Shown here piece by piece: positions 43,701 to 53,549 of a stretch of DNA of 64,000 nucleotides; within the stretch, counting starts at the first letter, position 1, and each line of letters starts with the position of its first letter. A program made the translations under genes and the position numbers. This stretch comes from an uncultured bacterium. GTDB taxonomy: Bacteria; Bacillota_I; Bacilli_A; Acholeplasmatales; Anaeroplasmataceae. Location: assembly GCA_949291115.1 (NCBI GenBank), contig CASETY010000002.1, forward strand, positions 10,348 to 74,347. The letters run 5' to 3'. A model generated the notes under the pieces. That model saw nothing but the letters and a program-made list of their open reading frames with translations. It was not told the origin of the DNA and ran no database searches.

Positions 43701-44336
43701 AGGATTTAAAGCATTAGCTCTAAATTTTTGAACAGCTTCTTTGTCTAATAATTTGTCAAATACTGAGTAATCAATAGCTTCAACAGTATTAACTTCATGA
43801 GAAGTTCTAAAACCATCGAAGAAATGTAAGAAAGGAATGCTTGCTTTAATTGCAGAAAGGTGGGCAACACCTGCTAAATCCATTACTTCTTGTACTGAAG
43901 ATGAGCAAAGCATTGCAAAACCAGTTTGACGGCAAGCCATAACATCTTGATGATCACCGAAAATTGAAAGTGATTGTGCAGCTAAAGCACGTGCAGAAAC
44001 ATGAATAACCCCTGGTAAACATTCACCAGCAATTTTATACATGTTAGGAATTTTTAATAATAAACCTTGACTTGCTGTGTAAGTTGTAGTTAAAGCGCCA
44101 GCTTGTAAAGAACCGTGAACAGTACCAGCAGCTCCTCCTTCAGATTGCATTTCAACAATTTTTACAGGCATGCCAAATAAGTTTTTCTTACCTTGAGCAG
44201 CCCATTCATCAGTATACTCTGCCATTGGTGATGACGGAGTAATTGGATAGATACCAGCTACCTCTGTAAAAGCATAGGCAGCATATGCGGCAGCATAATT
44301 ACCATCTATCGCCATACGATTTTTTTCTTGACTCAT
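40731..44336 (-). CDS. nifJ: Pyruvate:ferredoxin (flavodoxin) oxidoreductase, single-polypeptide type
   Basis: 1201 aa. It has two 4Fe-4S ferredoxin motifs (CIQCNQCAFACPH, CTGCGVCLTVCP) and the TPP-binding GGDGWAYDIGYGGLDH. Confidence 0.96.
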   Translation of the reverse strand: MSQEKNRMAIDGNYAAAYAAYAFTEVAGIYPITPSSPMAEYTDEWAAQGKKNLFGMPVKIVEMQSEGGAAGTVHGSLQAGALTTTYTASQGLLLKIPNMYKIAGECLPGVIHVSARALAAQSLSIFGDHQDVMACRQTGFAMLCSSSVQEVMDLAGVAHLSAIKASIPFLHFFDGFRTSHEVNTVEAIDYSVFDKLLDKEAVQKFRANALNPAFPKTRGTAQNDDVYFQTRQLQALQYAKVPAIVKDYMEKISEATGRHYAPYVYYGAKDATDVIVAMGSVTQTAQEVVDYLTAKGEKVGLMIVHLYRPFAKEYFLEAMPKTVKRIAVLDRTIEQGSVGEPLYLDVRSVYYGAKDEPTIVGGVYGLSSKDTTPDMVYAVYKNLASKDPKNQFTLGINDDLGHTSLDYSEHIDTADKDTTELLFFGLGSDGTVGACKNISKIVGDYTDLYAQSYAAYDSKKSGGSTRLHLRFGKNPIRSTYLVNNPHFVSCSLDAYLKKFDMISGLRDGGTFLLNTVTDKDHIEELLPNSYKKILAEKHAKLYIINAYQAARECGFRPGLGVNTVMQSAFFKLNQNVMPYDEACVHMKEFATKTYAKKGQEVVEQNHKAIDLGGSRLVEVEVKPEWANLDATKVEAKSTLSKPAFVTKIAEVIDSIKGDTLPVSAFKDYLDGHMPQGTAAYEKRGVATDVPAWDPEYCIQCNQCAFACPHACIRPFLLNEEEVKAAPANAKLLDATGFKGYKYAINVSVLDCTGCGVCLTVCPGKPVKGEDGKPVKNADGSIKKAKALTSHPILAAREAGEVELAQFFYDKVSYKEDLVPANNAKNVQFHKPLFEFSGACGGCGETPYVKAVSQLFGNRMMVANATGCSSIYSGSYPSSPYTTDANGRGPAWANSLFEDNAEFGFGMEIAYTTMRDRIQTLMVNHYADMPADVKALCEDWVQHREEGVYTLGLAKKLEEALGKVDAPYAKEILELKQYFVKSSQWIIGGDGWAYDIGYGGLDHVIANNQDVNILVLDTEVYSNTGGQASKSSRFGAIAKFAAAGKPTKKKDLASIAMSYGHVYVAQICHGYNQNQVIQALKEAEAYHGPSIVIAYAPCIAHNIKKGLFMSQNEARLATECGYWPTFRFNPDLAKEGKNPFTLDSKEPDWDKYEAFLLNEGRYAQLTKINPEHAKELLEYNKLDAQRRYARYKKMAEDPHYEG

Positions 44337-44484
44337 AATATCCTCCTTAATTTATGAGATTACTCTATAATTATATGCTCTTTTTTTGCTTTTTTCAATA
44401 AATGACGGCCTTTTTTAAATAAAAAAAAGAAGTTTTTTTAAAACTAGTAAAGCGCTTTAAAAATTAACCTCTTTTAAGTAAAAA

Positions 44485-44685
44485 TTATTCACATAACTTT
44501 ACATTTTTTGCCACTAACCCACGTTCACCTTTTTCTTCATCGTAAGTAACTGTAGCATTTTCTTTTAATGACTTATAACCTTCCGCTATAATATCTTTAT
44601 AATGAACGAATACTTCTTTACCTTCTTCGTTAATAATAAAGCCATAGCCTTTTTTGTCATTAAACCACTTAACTTTTCCTTGCAT
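44485..44685 (-). CDS. cspA: Cold-shock protein (CspA family)
   Basis: 66 aa, with MQGKVKWFNDKKGYGFI...VFVHY (RNP1/RNP2). Confidence 0.96.
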   Translation of the reverse strand: MQGKVKWFNDKKGYGFIINEEGKEVFVHYKDIIAEGYKSLKENATVTYDEEKGERGLVAKNVKLCE

Positions 44686-44785
44686 AATTTAAACCCTTTC
44701 CTAATATACTCTAATTATATAATAAAAAAATAAAAAAACATAGTTTTTAATAAAACTTTATGCTATAATTTTCATACATTTATAT

Positions 44786-44859
44786 GCTCTTTTAGTTTAA
44801 TGGTAGAACGCAGCAATGGTAATGCTGAGATCCAAGTTCGATTCTTGGTTGGAGCACCA
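44786..44859 (+). tRNA. tRNA-Thr (anticodon GGU), CCA encoded
   Basis: Hand fold. Acceptor is GCTCTTT/TTGGAGC and the D arm is GTTT-AATGGTA-GAAC. The anticodon stem is CAGCA/TGCTG with loop ATGGTAA. The T arm is CCAAG-TTCGATT-CTTGG, the discriminator is A, and CCA follows. An extended -10 (TGCTATAAT) lies 17 nt upstream. Acceptor pairs 6:67 and 7:66 are U:U. Confidence 0.75.
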
Positions 44860-44866
44860 CTAATTT

Positions 44867-44892
44867 ACTTGAATTATTTTCAAGTTTTTTTT
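44867..44892 (+). terminator. Hairpin plus T-tract after tRNA-Thr
   Basis: ACTTGAA-ttatt-TTCAAGT followed by TTTTTTT. Confidence 0.55.
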
Positions 44893-44909
44893 ATATGGAA
44901 GGATTACTT

Positions 44910-46109
44910 ATGACTGAATTATTAAATAGATTTATCAAATATGTAAAAATTAACACTATGTCAAAAGAAAATGTAGACCATACCCCTTCTACTAAGGAAC
45001 AATTTGACTTAGCTAATCTTTTAAAAAACGAATTACAAGAATTAGGCTTAGAAGATATAACTTTAAATGATAAATGTATCTTAACTGCTACATTAAAAAG
45101 CAACTGTTCTTCTAACTTAACTATCGGTTTTATTGCCCATTTAGATACAATACCTGATTTTAGTGGCAAAAATGTTAAACCCAATATTATCGAAAACTAT
45201 GATGGTAAAGATATTAAATTAAACAACATAACCATTACTAATGAAAAATTTCCATTCTTAAAAAATTTAAAAGGTCATACTATTGTTACTACCGATGGAA
45301 CTACCGTTTTAGGGGCTGATGATAAAGCTGGTGTAGCGATTATCATGCAGATGTTAACTGATTTTGTTAAAAAACCTGACTTGAAGCACGTTAATATCAA
45401 AGTTGCTTTTACCCCCGATGAAGAAATTGGTGGTGGGATTCATGAATTTGATGTTAATAAATTTAATTGCGATTTTGCATATACAGTTGATGGTTCCAAT
45501 TATAATGAAATAAATTATGAAAACTTCAATGCTGCTAGTGCTGCAGTTACTATTAAAGGTTTAGATATCCATCCTGGTGATGCTAAAGGTCATATGTTAA
45601 ATGCTAGTCTTATAGCTAATGAATTCATTAATATGCTGCCTGTTCAAAAAAATCCTATGTATACAGAAGGTTATGAAGGCTTTATTCATCTAACTAAGAT
45701 GAAAGGGGAAGTTGGCGAAGCTAACTTAGAATTTATTTTAAGAGAACATGATTTAAATAAATTAAATGAATTGAAACAAAATCTGCTAGATATCACTGAT
45801 TTTTTAAACAAAAAATACAAAGATGTAGTTACTACTATAATTAAAGACAGTTACTATAATATGTATGAAAAAATTAAATTAGATGATAGATCGGTAAAAA
45901 GAGCCATCAAAGCAATTAATGATTTAGGTTATAATGCCACTACTAAACCAATTAGAGGCGGTACAGATGGTGCTCATCTAACCATGATGGGATTAAATAC
46001 CCCTAACTTAGGTACCGGTGGTTACAATTGCCATGGCCCATATGAGTTGCTTTCTGTAAATGAAATGAAAAAAGTTTTAGAAATAGTTAAAAAGATAGCT
46101 GCAGAATAA
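44910..46109 (+). CDS. pepT: Peptidase T (tripeptide aminopeptidase, M20B)
   Basis: MTELLNRFIKYVKINT...IGFIAHLDT...GADDKAG...TPDEEIG. The start at 44910 is preceded by GGAAGGA. The ORF-track ATG at 44895 lies inside the upstream T-tract. Confidence 0.88.
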   Translation: MTELLNRFIKYVKINTMSKENVDHTPSTKEQFDLANLLKNELQELGLEDITLNDKCILTATLKSNCSSNLTIGFIAHLDTIPDFSGKNVKPNIIENYDGKDIKLNNITITNEKFPFLKNLKGHTIVTTDGTTVLGADDKAGVAIIMQMLTDFVKKPDLKHVNIKVAFTPDEEIGGGIHEFDVNKFNCDFAYTVDGSNYNEINYENFNAASAAVTIKGLDIHPGDAKGHMLNASLIANEFINMLPVQKNPMYTEGYEGFIHLTKMKGEVGEANLEFILREHDLNKLNELKQNLLDITDFLNKKYKDVVTTIIKDSYYNMYEKIKLDDRSVKRAIKAINDLGYNATTKPIRGGTDGAHLTMMGLNTPNLGTGGYNCHGPYELLSVNEMKKVLEIVKKIAAE

Positions 46110-46110
46110 A

Positions 46111-46139
46111 AGACAAGGTGTCTATTAAACACCTTGTCT
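46111..46139. terminator. Bidirectional terminator between convergent pepT and the ABC ATPase gene
   Basis: AGACAAGGTG-9 nt-CACCTTGTCT is flanked by A-runs and T-runs. Confidence 0.6.
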
Positions 46140-46141
46140 TT

Positions 46142-47233
46142 TTAATTACCTATATAACGTTTTAAGAAACTTCTTGTTCTTTCTTCTTGAGGATTATTGA
46201 AAATGTCTTCTGGTTTACCTTGTTCAACAATATAACCATTTTCCATAAATATTACTTTTTTTGATACATCTTTAGCAAAACCCATTTCATGTGTTACCAC
46301 AATCATGGTTAAACCTGTCTTAGCCAAATTTTTCATAACTTCAAGTACTTCGCCAACCATTTCTGGATCTAAGGCAGAAGTTGGTTCATCAAACAAAATG
46401 ATTTCAGGATCCATGCATAAAGCACGTGCTATCGCTACTCTTTGTTTTTGGCCACCAGATAACTCACTAATCTTATAATTCATCCTATCTTGCATATTAA
46501 CACTAGTTAAATGCTTAATAGCTTTTTCTTTAGCTTCGTTATAAGGAACTTTTAACACTTTAGTTTGAGCTATGATACAATTTTCTAAAACATTCATATT
46601 ATTAAATAAATTAAAGCTTTGAAAAACCATTACTACTTTAGATCTAATATGGTTAATTGTCTTACTATTTACAATTATACTAGGATTGTCAAAAATGGCT
46701 TGTTTATAAGCATTTTCGTCATAAAAGTCTCTTTTTAAAATAGGAGTTTTTCTAATATCTTTATATTCTTTTTTAGCTAATTTTAGATTAGCTAGATAGT
46801 CATTTTTTAATGATTTTAGCTCATTATTTTTAGCGTTAAATTCTTCAACACTATAATTGTTTTTTTCTTCTTTTATCTTATGAACTTCTAGCTTATGTTC
46901 AATCAATTTATTAGACCAAATAGCTACTTCATCTTCTGTTCTAATAAGTTCATTATTATAAAATTCTAGTGCTTTATTAAATTCTTGATAATCAACAAAA
47001 TCATCTTTACAAGCATTAATATTAAAGTAAATTTCTTCATTAAAACTTAAAGTGCCACGTGTTGGTGTTTCTAATAAATCTAAACATCTTAAGAATGTTG
47101 ATTTACCACTACCAGAAGGACCAATTATGGAAATAACGTCACCTTTATTTACTTCTAAATTAATATCTTTTAGAACTTTGTTAGCGCCAAAATACTTAGC
47201 TAAATTAGCTATTTTTAATATGGGAGCATTCAT
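46142..47233 (-). CDS. Polar amino-acid ABC transporter ATP-binding protein with an insertion of about 115 aa between Walker A and the Q-loop
   Basis: 363 aa, with [45 protein letters not shown] and VTHEMGFA. Residues ~70-190 have no counterpart in ~245-aa GlnQ/ArtP-type ATPases. Confidence 0.9.
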   Translation of the reverse strand: MNAPILKIANLAKYFGANKVLKDINLEVNKGDVISIIGPSGSGKSTFLRCLDLLETPTRGTLSFNEEIYFNINACKDDFVDYQEFNKALEFYNNELIRTEDEVAIWSNKLIEHKLEVHKIKEEKNNYSVEEFNAKNNELKSLKNDYLANLKLAKKEYKDIRKTPILKRDFYDENAYKQAIFDNPSIIVNSKTINHIRSKVVMVFQSFNLFNNMNVLENCIIAQTKVLKVPYNEAKEKAIKHLTSVNMQDRMNYKISELSGGQKQRVAIARALCMDPEIILFDEPTSALDPEMVGEVLEVMKNLAKTGLTMIVVTHEMGFAKDVSKKVIFMENGYIVEQGKPEDIFNNPQEERTRSFLKRYIGN

Positions 47234-48018
47234 TATAATTCACTCCTTTTAAATCTAAATGGATTTAAACTAAATTTAACACCATCTAATTTCTTTTCTA
47301 CTAATTTTAAAACCAAACTAGCTATTAAAGTTAAAATTAAATAGATAACAGCTACGATTAATAAAGCTTCTAAATAAGCAAATGTACTACCACCTATAGT
47401 AATATATAAACGATAATAAAGTTCAGTTACCCCAATTACATTTAAAACTGATGAATCTTTGATATTAACAATCAATTCATTGCCAATCGTTGGTAAACAA
47501 TTACGTAAAGCTTGTGGTAAAATAATTGAAATTGATGTTCTAGACGCTGACATACCAAGTGATCTAGCACCTTCTTCTTGGCCTTTATCAACACCATTAA
47601 GACCAGATTTAACAATCTCACCCATATAAGCAGCTGTGTTTAAAGTAATAACAATTAAACCGGCAATAAACCAACCGTTTAAGAAATTAGATACAGAGCC
47701 TGGGAATTGAATAATAGCCCAGTTAAAGCCTAAAGCTTGACAGCCGTATTGGAATACCAAAGCTTGAACCATCATCGGTGTTCCTCTAAAGATTATTGAA
47801 TATAAATTACATATTCCTTTAACAAGATTTTTTAAACCTTTTATGAAAATATTATCTAATTCTTTAACTTTTATATTTTTACCATATGCCAAAAAAACAC
47901 CAAGTACTAAGCCTACAAAAGTACCAAAAATGGCTAAAATTAAAGTTGAAAGAATACCATAACCAATTAATGGAAAATAATTAGATAATATGTTTTTGAC
48001 ATTTTCAAAATTAATCAT
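47233..48018 (-). CDS. Polar amino-acid ABC transporter permease
   Basis: It has an EAA-like loop ([27 protein letters not shown]). The start is taken at ATG 48018, which removes the overlap with the binding-protein gene. The ORF-track start at 48051 is possible. Confidence 0.85.
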   Translation of the reverse strand: MINFENVKNILSNYFPLIGYGILSTLILAIFGTFVGLVLGVFLAYGKNIKVKELDNIFIKGLKNLVKGICNLYSIIFRGTPMMVQALVFQYGCQALGFNWAIIQFPGSVSNFLNGWFIAGLIVITLNTAAYMGEIVKSGLNGVDKGQEEGARSLGMSASRTSISIILPQALRNCLPTIGNELIVNIKDSSVLNVIGVTELYYRLYITIGGSTFAYLEALLIVAVIYLILTLIASLVLKLVEKKLDGVKFSLNPFRFKRSEL

Positions 48019-48025
48019 AATTATC

Positions 48026-48898
48026 TTATTCAGCTGAACGAGTAGCTGCATCTCCCATCATTTGTTGTCTTTGTTCATCGCTTAATTTAGCTAAAGCATC
48101 GTTTAATAAATCAATTAATTCTTGATTACCTTTTTTAACACCAATTGAAACTTTCATTCCGTTTTGATCTTCACCTTGCAAGAAAGAATCGTCAACATAT
48201 AAAACTGATAAATTATCATTTATGTTAGTCATAGCTTCTACTACCGGAAGTTCAGCAGGCATCGCAAAAGCTACACCTGAAGCTACTTGTTGAGCAGCTA
48301 ACGGATAAGATGTTGTAGCTGTATTATGATGGATTGAACTATCTACACTTGAAAAATAAGTGTCAATAAAACCATCACCAACAACATTTGCTTGACATAC
48401 TAATACTTCACCACTAAAAGCAGTTAATAATTCTTCATAAGTAGCTGGGTTACTAGCACTATTATCAGGGAAATTAGCTTCTAAATCAGTTGTTTTAATT
48501 AAGAATGCTAAATCACTAGATAAATATGGGTCTGTAAAATCAATAGATTGTCTTCTTTCTGGTGTGTCAGTCATACCAGCAAGTACCATATTAATAGTTC
48601 CTGCATTTAGACTTGGAATTAAATTATCCCAAACCATACGATGAATTTCTACTTCTTTTCCAGTTGCTTCTGATAAATATTTTGCTACAGCTACATCATA
48701 ACCATCGGCATATTCACCATTAGCACCAAAAATTGGTAATGTATGTTCGCTTTCTGCAAAAGCTGTCCAGTTAAATGGTTGGTAATTACATTCCATACCA
48801 ATAACTAATTTGTCATTAGTAGCAGTTTCGCCTCCACAAGCTGTCAATGTTAGGGCACTTAACCCTGCTACTAATAATCCTTTAAATAAATTTTTCAT
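48026..48898 (-). CDS. ABC transporter substrate-binding lipoprotein (family 3 SBP-like)
   Basis: MKNLFKGLLVAGLSALTLTACGG gives a lipobox. The start at 48898 is preceded by AGAGGTAGAGAAA. The ORF-track start at 48946 lies inside the leader terminator. Confidence 0.85.
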   Translation of the reverse strand: MKNLFKGLLVAGLSALTLTACGGETATNDKLVIGMECNYQPFNWTAFAESEHTLPIFGANGEYADGYDVAVAKYLSEATGKEVEIHRMVWDNLIPSLNAGTINMVLAGMTDTPERRQSIDFTDPYLSSDLAFLIKTTDLEANFPDNSASNPATYEELLTAFSGEVLVCQANVVGDGFIDTYFSSVDSSIHHNTATTSYPLAAQQVASGVAFAMPAELPVVEAMTNINDNLSVLYVDDSFLQGEDQNGMKVSIGVKKGNQELIDLLNDALAKLSDEQRQQMMGDAATRSAE

Positions 48899-48924
48899 TT
48901 TCTCTACCTCTAATTTTTTATATT

Positions 48925-49143
48925 TAAAAATAAAAAATGCGTCCACATAGTAGACGCTTAATAGACTTAATATAACTTAAAAATATTTAAGCGCCTCTAC
49001 TAAATTAATTAGTAGGAGTGAAGTAGATGTTATCTACAACCCCACGATCTATTTATGCCTAAATAGTCGTTCGGCAAGCTTACCTTTCCTATTCTTCTTA
49101 GGATGCCTCCTCCAAATAGTACTCTTTTGTCTTGCTCCTCTTA
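48925..49143 (-). promoter_or_regulatory. Lysine riboswitch (L-box) with terminator/antiterminator platform
   Basis: Minus strand reads AGAGGAGC..AAGAGUA..UUUGGAG..GGAAAGG..GCCGAAC..hairpins..CACUCCU. These blocks align with B. subtilis lysC leader blocks (AGAGGUGC, AAGAGUA, UUUGGAG, GAAAGG, GCCGAAG). GCGUC-9 nt-GACGC and AUUUUUUAUUUUU follow (48957..48925). Confidence 0.65.
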
Positions 49144-49244
49144 TCATTTTTTATTTTTATGTTTTAATTATAGTCATTTTTTTTAACTTGTAAATATTTT
49201 TTTTAGCATTTTGTTATTTTTTAAACTTAAAACGCTTTCATTTT

Positions 49245-50075
49245 CTAGAAACTATCTCCGTTTATAATATCTATTAATAAATATGGCAATTTTAATTCTT
49301 TAGACAATACTTTAATATCTTCTTCTTTTGGTAATTTGAAACTGTCAATTTCAATATTAATCTTCTTATTATAAATCATAATATATAAATAACCATTACA
49401 AAAATAAAGGGCCATTAATAGATTATAACGTTTCTTTATTTCTTCTAAATTAGTTAATTTATTAGTGATTTTCTTTAAATTTTCTTCATCACCATATATA
49501 TTATAACTATTTGTTTCTTTAATTAAATCATTATTATGAAGCTTTAAACTCTTATCAATTATTGATAAATCAATATCATTATCTAACTTATAACGAATAA
49601 TGCGACCATTAAAATAAGTGTCTGGATAATTAACATCTTTACCTTTTTTATTCTTTTCGGTTTTATTTACAATAAGTATATTTGAAGATGTTATAAAATC
49701 TATTCCTTTTATACTACCTTCATAATAATAAGAGCCGTCTTTACTTAATAATTCAGGTATTATATTTAAAGTTCTTAAAGGTGTTACATTTAAATAACTG
49801 TTAATTAAAGCTTTTTGATATTTAAAGTTCATTTCTTTTAAAGCTAGTTCAAAAATTAAACTTTTTAGATTGAATTTAGCTTTATTCTCTAAGCCTTTAA
49901 AAATAAGATATAAAACAACTGCAACTATAATTAAAGAAACACCAATTAATAAATTATATTCATTATCTAGTAACCACATAATTATAATTGCTGTTATTAA
50001 AAAGACTAAAGTGCTAATATTTTTAAATAAATAACAAATAAAATATTTATTGCGATATTTTTTTAGTGATTCCAT
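49245..50075 (-). CDS. Hypothetical membrane protein (2 N-terminal TM plus ~200-aa domain; possibly DUF3137-like)
   Basis: 276-aa ORF. TM segments are LVFLITAIIIMWLL and LLIGVSLIIVAVVLYLIF. The YEGSIKGIDF...FNGRII pattern is reminiscent of DUF3137, but this is recall only. No SD is visible. Confidence 0.45.
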   Translation of the reverse strand: MESLKKYRNKYFICYLFKNISTLVFLITAIIIMWLLDNEYNLLIGVSLIIVAVVLYLIFKGLENKAKFNLKSLIFELALKEMNFKYQKALINSYLNVTPLRTLNIIPELLSKDGSYYYEGSIKGIDFITSSNILIVNKTEKNKKGKDVNYPDTYFNGRIIRYKLDNDIDLSIIDKSLKLHNNDLIKETNSYNIYGDEENLKKITNKLTNLEEIKKRYNLLMALYFCNGYLYIMIYNKKINIEIDSFKLPKEEDIKVLSKELKLPYLLIDIINGDSF

Positions 50076-50104
50076 AATAATAAGAAAAAGGATGCAAGCA
50101 TCCT

Positions 50105-51412
50105 TTATTCTCCTTCCTTAGCTAATTTTTGTTTCTTTAATGAATTATAGCCAACAAAACCAGCTACAACTACACCAACAACTAAACCAAGGCCTAAGCC
50201 TAAAGCTAAAGTAATAATTGTTGAGAAACCACCTTCGCTAACAACGATACCAGAATTGTAATAATTTGCGCTAGCATTTAAATTATATAAATAATTATTA
50301 ACAACACGGTAAGTAGCTACATATTTATTTAATAAAGCTGATTCAATTGAAGATAATTTAGAATCAAATGCTGCACTACCTTCTATATGTAAAGGATCTT
50401 CTAATTTATCTTGCATCGTTTCATATTTTGCAATTTCAAGTTTTGTTTCTTGAATTTCTTTAGTAATACTTAATAATTCAGTAGTTACTTCGGTAGGAAT
50501 GGTAACAATACCACCACCAATAATATTTGCTATAATGGCATCTAAATCAGATTTACGACCTTCTAATTCTTGAAGTTTAGCAGTTAAATTATCAATAATT
50601 GATTGATAATCAATAGTAGCCGTTGTTGGTTTAATCCAACCTTTACTATTTAATTCATAACTTAATAAATTATAGTCTACACTTCCTAAATAAGTAGAAA
50701 ATTCATTATTTAATTGTGATAAATAACCATATTTAACACTTTCTTTACTAGCTTCATTCAATACGCTAACATTAACATCACCATATTTAGTGATTAAAGA
50801 AGAGTATCCACTTTTAATTTTATTTACAACATAATCAATATTAGAAAGTTCATTTTCAAAAGTTAATGCGCTTTCGCAAGCAGCTAAGTAATCCGTTAAA
50901 GATGTATCATTAGCAACCATTTCTAAAGCATTATTTAATGGAGCTTCTGCTAGAGCAATTAAGAAATTACGAGCATCTTCTTCTGATTTAAATGCATTAG
51001 TTGATACATTTATTGAATAATAAGTATCTGTAATTGTTGAAGATGTATCAGATGGATCAAGATAAACATAAATTGATTCAACTGTTATTGAACTCTTAGT
51101 ACCATATAGAAGACTATCAACATCAATATCAACACCAGAAGCAACTTTAGCATCTTCTAAATTATTTTTACGAATTAAATCTAAATAATTAAATGTTGAA
51201 CCATTAGGATATTTGTCACCATCAAACACATTAGAATAAGAAACTTTAATATTATATACTTGTTTTGATGGATTATAAATAAATCTAATACCAACAAATA
51301 CTAATACAAATAAAATAACTAAGACAATTAAACCAATTAATTTGCCTTTATATATCCAAGAAAATATTTCACCTAAACTTACGCCTTCATCTTTTACTTC
51401 TTGATTATCCAT
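50105..51412 (-). CDS. Wzz/polysaccharide co-polymerase-like protein (N- and C-terminal TM, large coiled-coil ectodomain)
   Basis: 435 aa. The Wzz-type N-terminus is VSLGEIFSWIYKGKLIGLIVLVILFVLVFVGIRFIYNPSKQVY. The C-terminal TM is IITLALGLGLGLVVGVVVAGFVGY, followed by a basic tail. Confidence 0.55.
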   Translation of the reverse strand: MDNQEVKDEGVSLGEIFSWIYKGKLIGLIVLVILFVLVFVGIRFIYNPSKQVYNIKVSYSNVFDGDKYPNGSTFNYLDLIRKNNLEDAKVASGVDIDVDSLLYGTKSSITVESIYVYLDPSDTSSTITDTYYSINVSTNAFKSEEDARNFLIALAEAPLNNALEMVANDTSLTDYLAACESALTFENELSNIDYVVNKIKSGYSSLITKYGDVNVSVLNEASKESVKYGYLSQLNNEFSTYLGSVDYNLLSYELNSKGWIKPTTATIDYQSIIDNLTAKLQELEGRKSDLDAIIANIIGGGIVTIPTEVTTELLSITKEIQETKLEIAKYETMQDKLEDPLHIEGSAAFDSKLSSIESALLNKYVATYRVVNNYLYNLNASANYYNSGIVVSEGGFSTIITLALGLGLGLVVGVVVAGFVGYNSLKKQKLAKEGE

Positions 51413-51483
51413 AAGCTAATCTCCTTTCATAGATAGTTAATTATATCATTTCTAAATAATATTGTAAATAAAAGATTTTGCGC

Positions 51484-51509
51484 AAAAAAAAGAAGGGGAT
51501 AACCCCTTC
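51484..51509 (-). terminator. Intrinsic terminator after gap
   Basis: Minus strand has GAAGGGG-uuau-CCCCUUC followed by UUUUUUUU. Confidence 0.6.
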
Positions 51510-51513
51510 AATC

Positions 51514-52554
<1,041 letters not shown>

Positions 52555-52655
52555 CTAAGTGTAAATAATTTTACGCCTATATTGTAGCATAAATATAAAT
52601 GTTTTCAAGTAATGTTATTTATTTTAAAAATAATGTAAGCGTTTTTACTTCTTTC

Positions 52656-53420
52656 TTATTTGAGAAAGGCTCTTTTAACCCTATCTAAAAAATTAATATT
52701 TTCTGTTTTGATGACTTTAATATGAGTTTCCCCAATTTTACACTTTAAACTTTTAAAATTATTTAGTTCATAACATTGATTATCAACCGTTAAATATAAC
52801 TTTTTATATAAAGAAGCTGCTTCTAAAGTAATCTCATTATCCGCACCCAAAACTAAAGGTGAACCAAGAGTTGAAAACGAATTAGAATTAATACCAGCAA
52901 TCTCAACAAGTTGCATCGACAAAATACTGTGGTCAATTATAGCTCCTCCAATAGACTTATTATAAGCGGTTGAACCACTAGGAGTTGATATACATACCCC
53001 AGTTCCTCTAATTTCTTCTAAAAAGTTTTCATTGATATAAGCATCTACTATTAAAGTTCGTGGTAAAGCGACTAATGTAATTTCGTTTAGAGCATAATAT
53101 TTATTAAAACTATTATCGGTTACTTCACAACTAAGTAAAGGTATTTTACTAATGTTATATGCACCTTTAATTAAAAAATCGATAACTTTATCTATATCTT
53201 TATAATTAAAATTGGCGTAAAATCCTAGATGACCCGTATGAATACCTAAAAATAAAGCATTAGGATAATGATGACAAGCTCTTAAAAAAGTGCCATCACC
53301 ACCAATTGTAATTACTAAATCAGGATTTATTTTATCTTTACGAAAAGGCAATTTTTCAATAATGCGTTCTTTAACTCTTTTACTTAAATCGTCAGTTTTT
53401 GACATAATCCAATAGCGCAT
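52656..53420 (-). CDS. nadK: NAD kinase
   Basis: 254 aa, with GGDGTFL and the STPSGSTAYNKSIGG region. Confidence 0.9.
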   Translation of the reverse strand: MRYWIMSKTDDLSKRVKERIIEKLPFRKDKINPDLVITIGGDGTFLRACHHYPNALFLGIHTGHLGFYANFNYKDIDKVIDFLIKGAYNISKIPLLSCEVTDNSFNKYYALNEITLVALPRTLIVDAYINENFLEEIRGTGVCISTPSGSTAYNKSIGGAIIDHSILSMQLVEIAGINSNSFSTLGSPLVLGADNEITLEAASLYKKLYLTVDNQCYELNNFKSLKCKIGETHIKVIKTENINFLDRVKRAFLK

Positions 53421-53549
53421 AACACTACCTCCTTATCTAAATTATAATAAAAAAGACTAATAAATAAAGAAGTTTATGTAAAATGTTTAAAAAAACTAGA
53501 CAAAAACATTAAAATAGAATAAACTAGTAGCACTAAGGAAGTGGTTTAT

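Noticed and set aside
52637-52650. cre-like sequence TGTAAGCGTTTTTA between nadK and the gap promoter (possible CcpA site).
   Set aside because: It has one mismatch to the cre consensus at a conserved C and lies upstream of the putative -35. A single degenerate hit in AT-rich DNA is not convincing without a genome-wide model.
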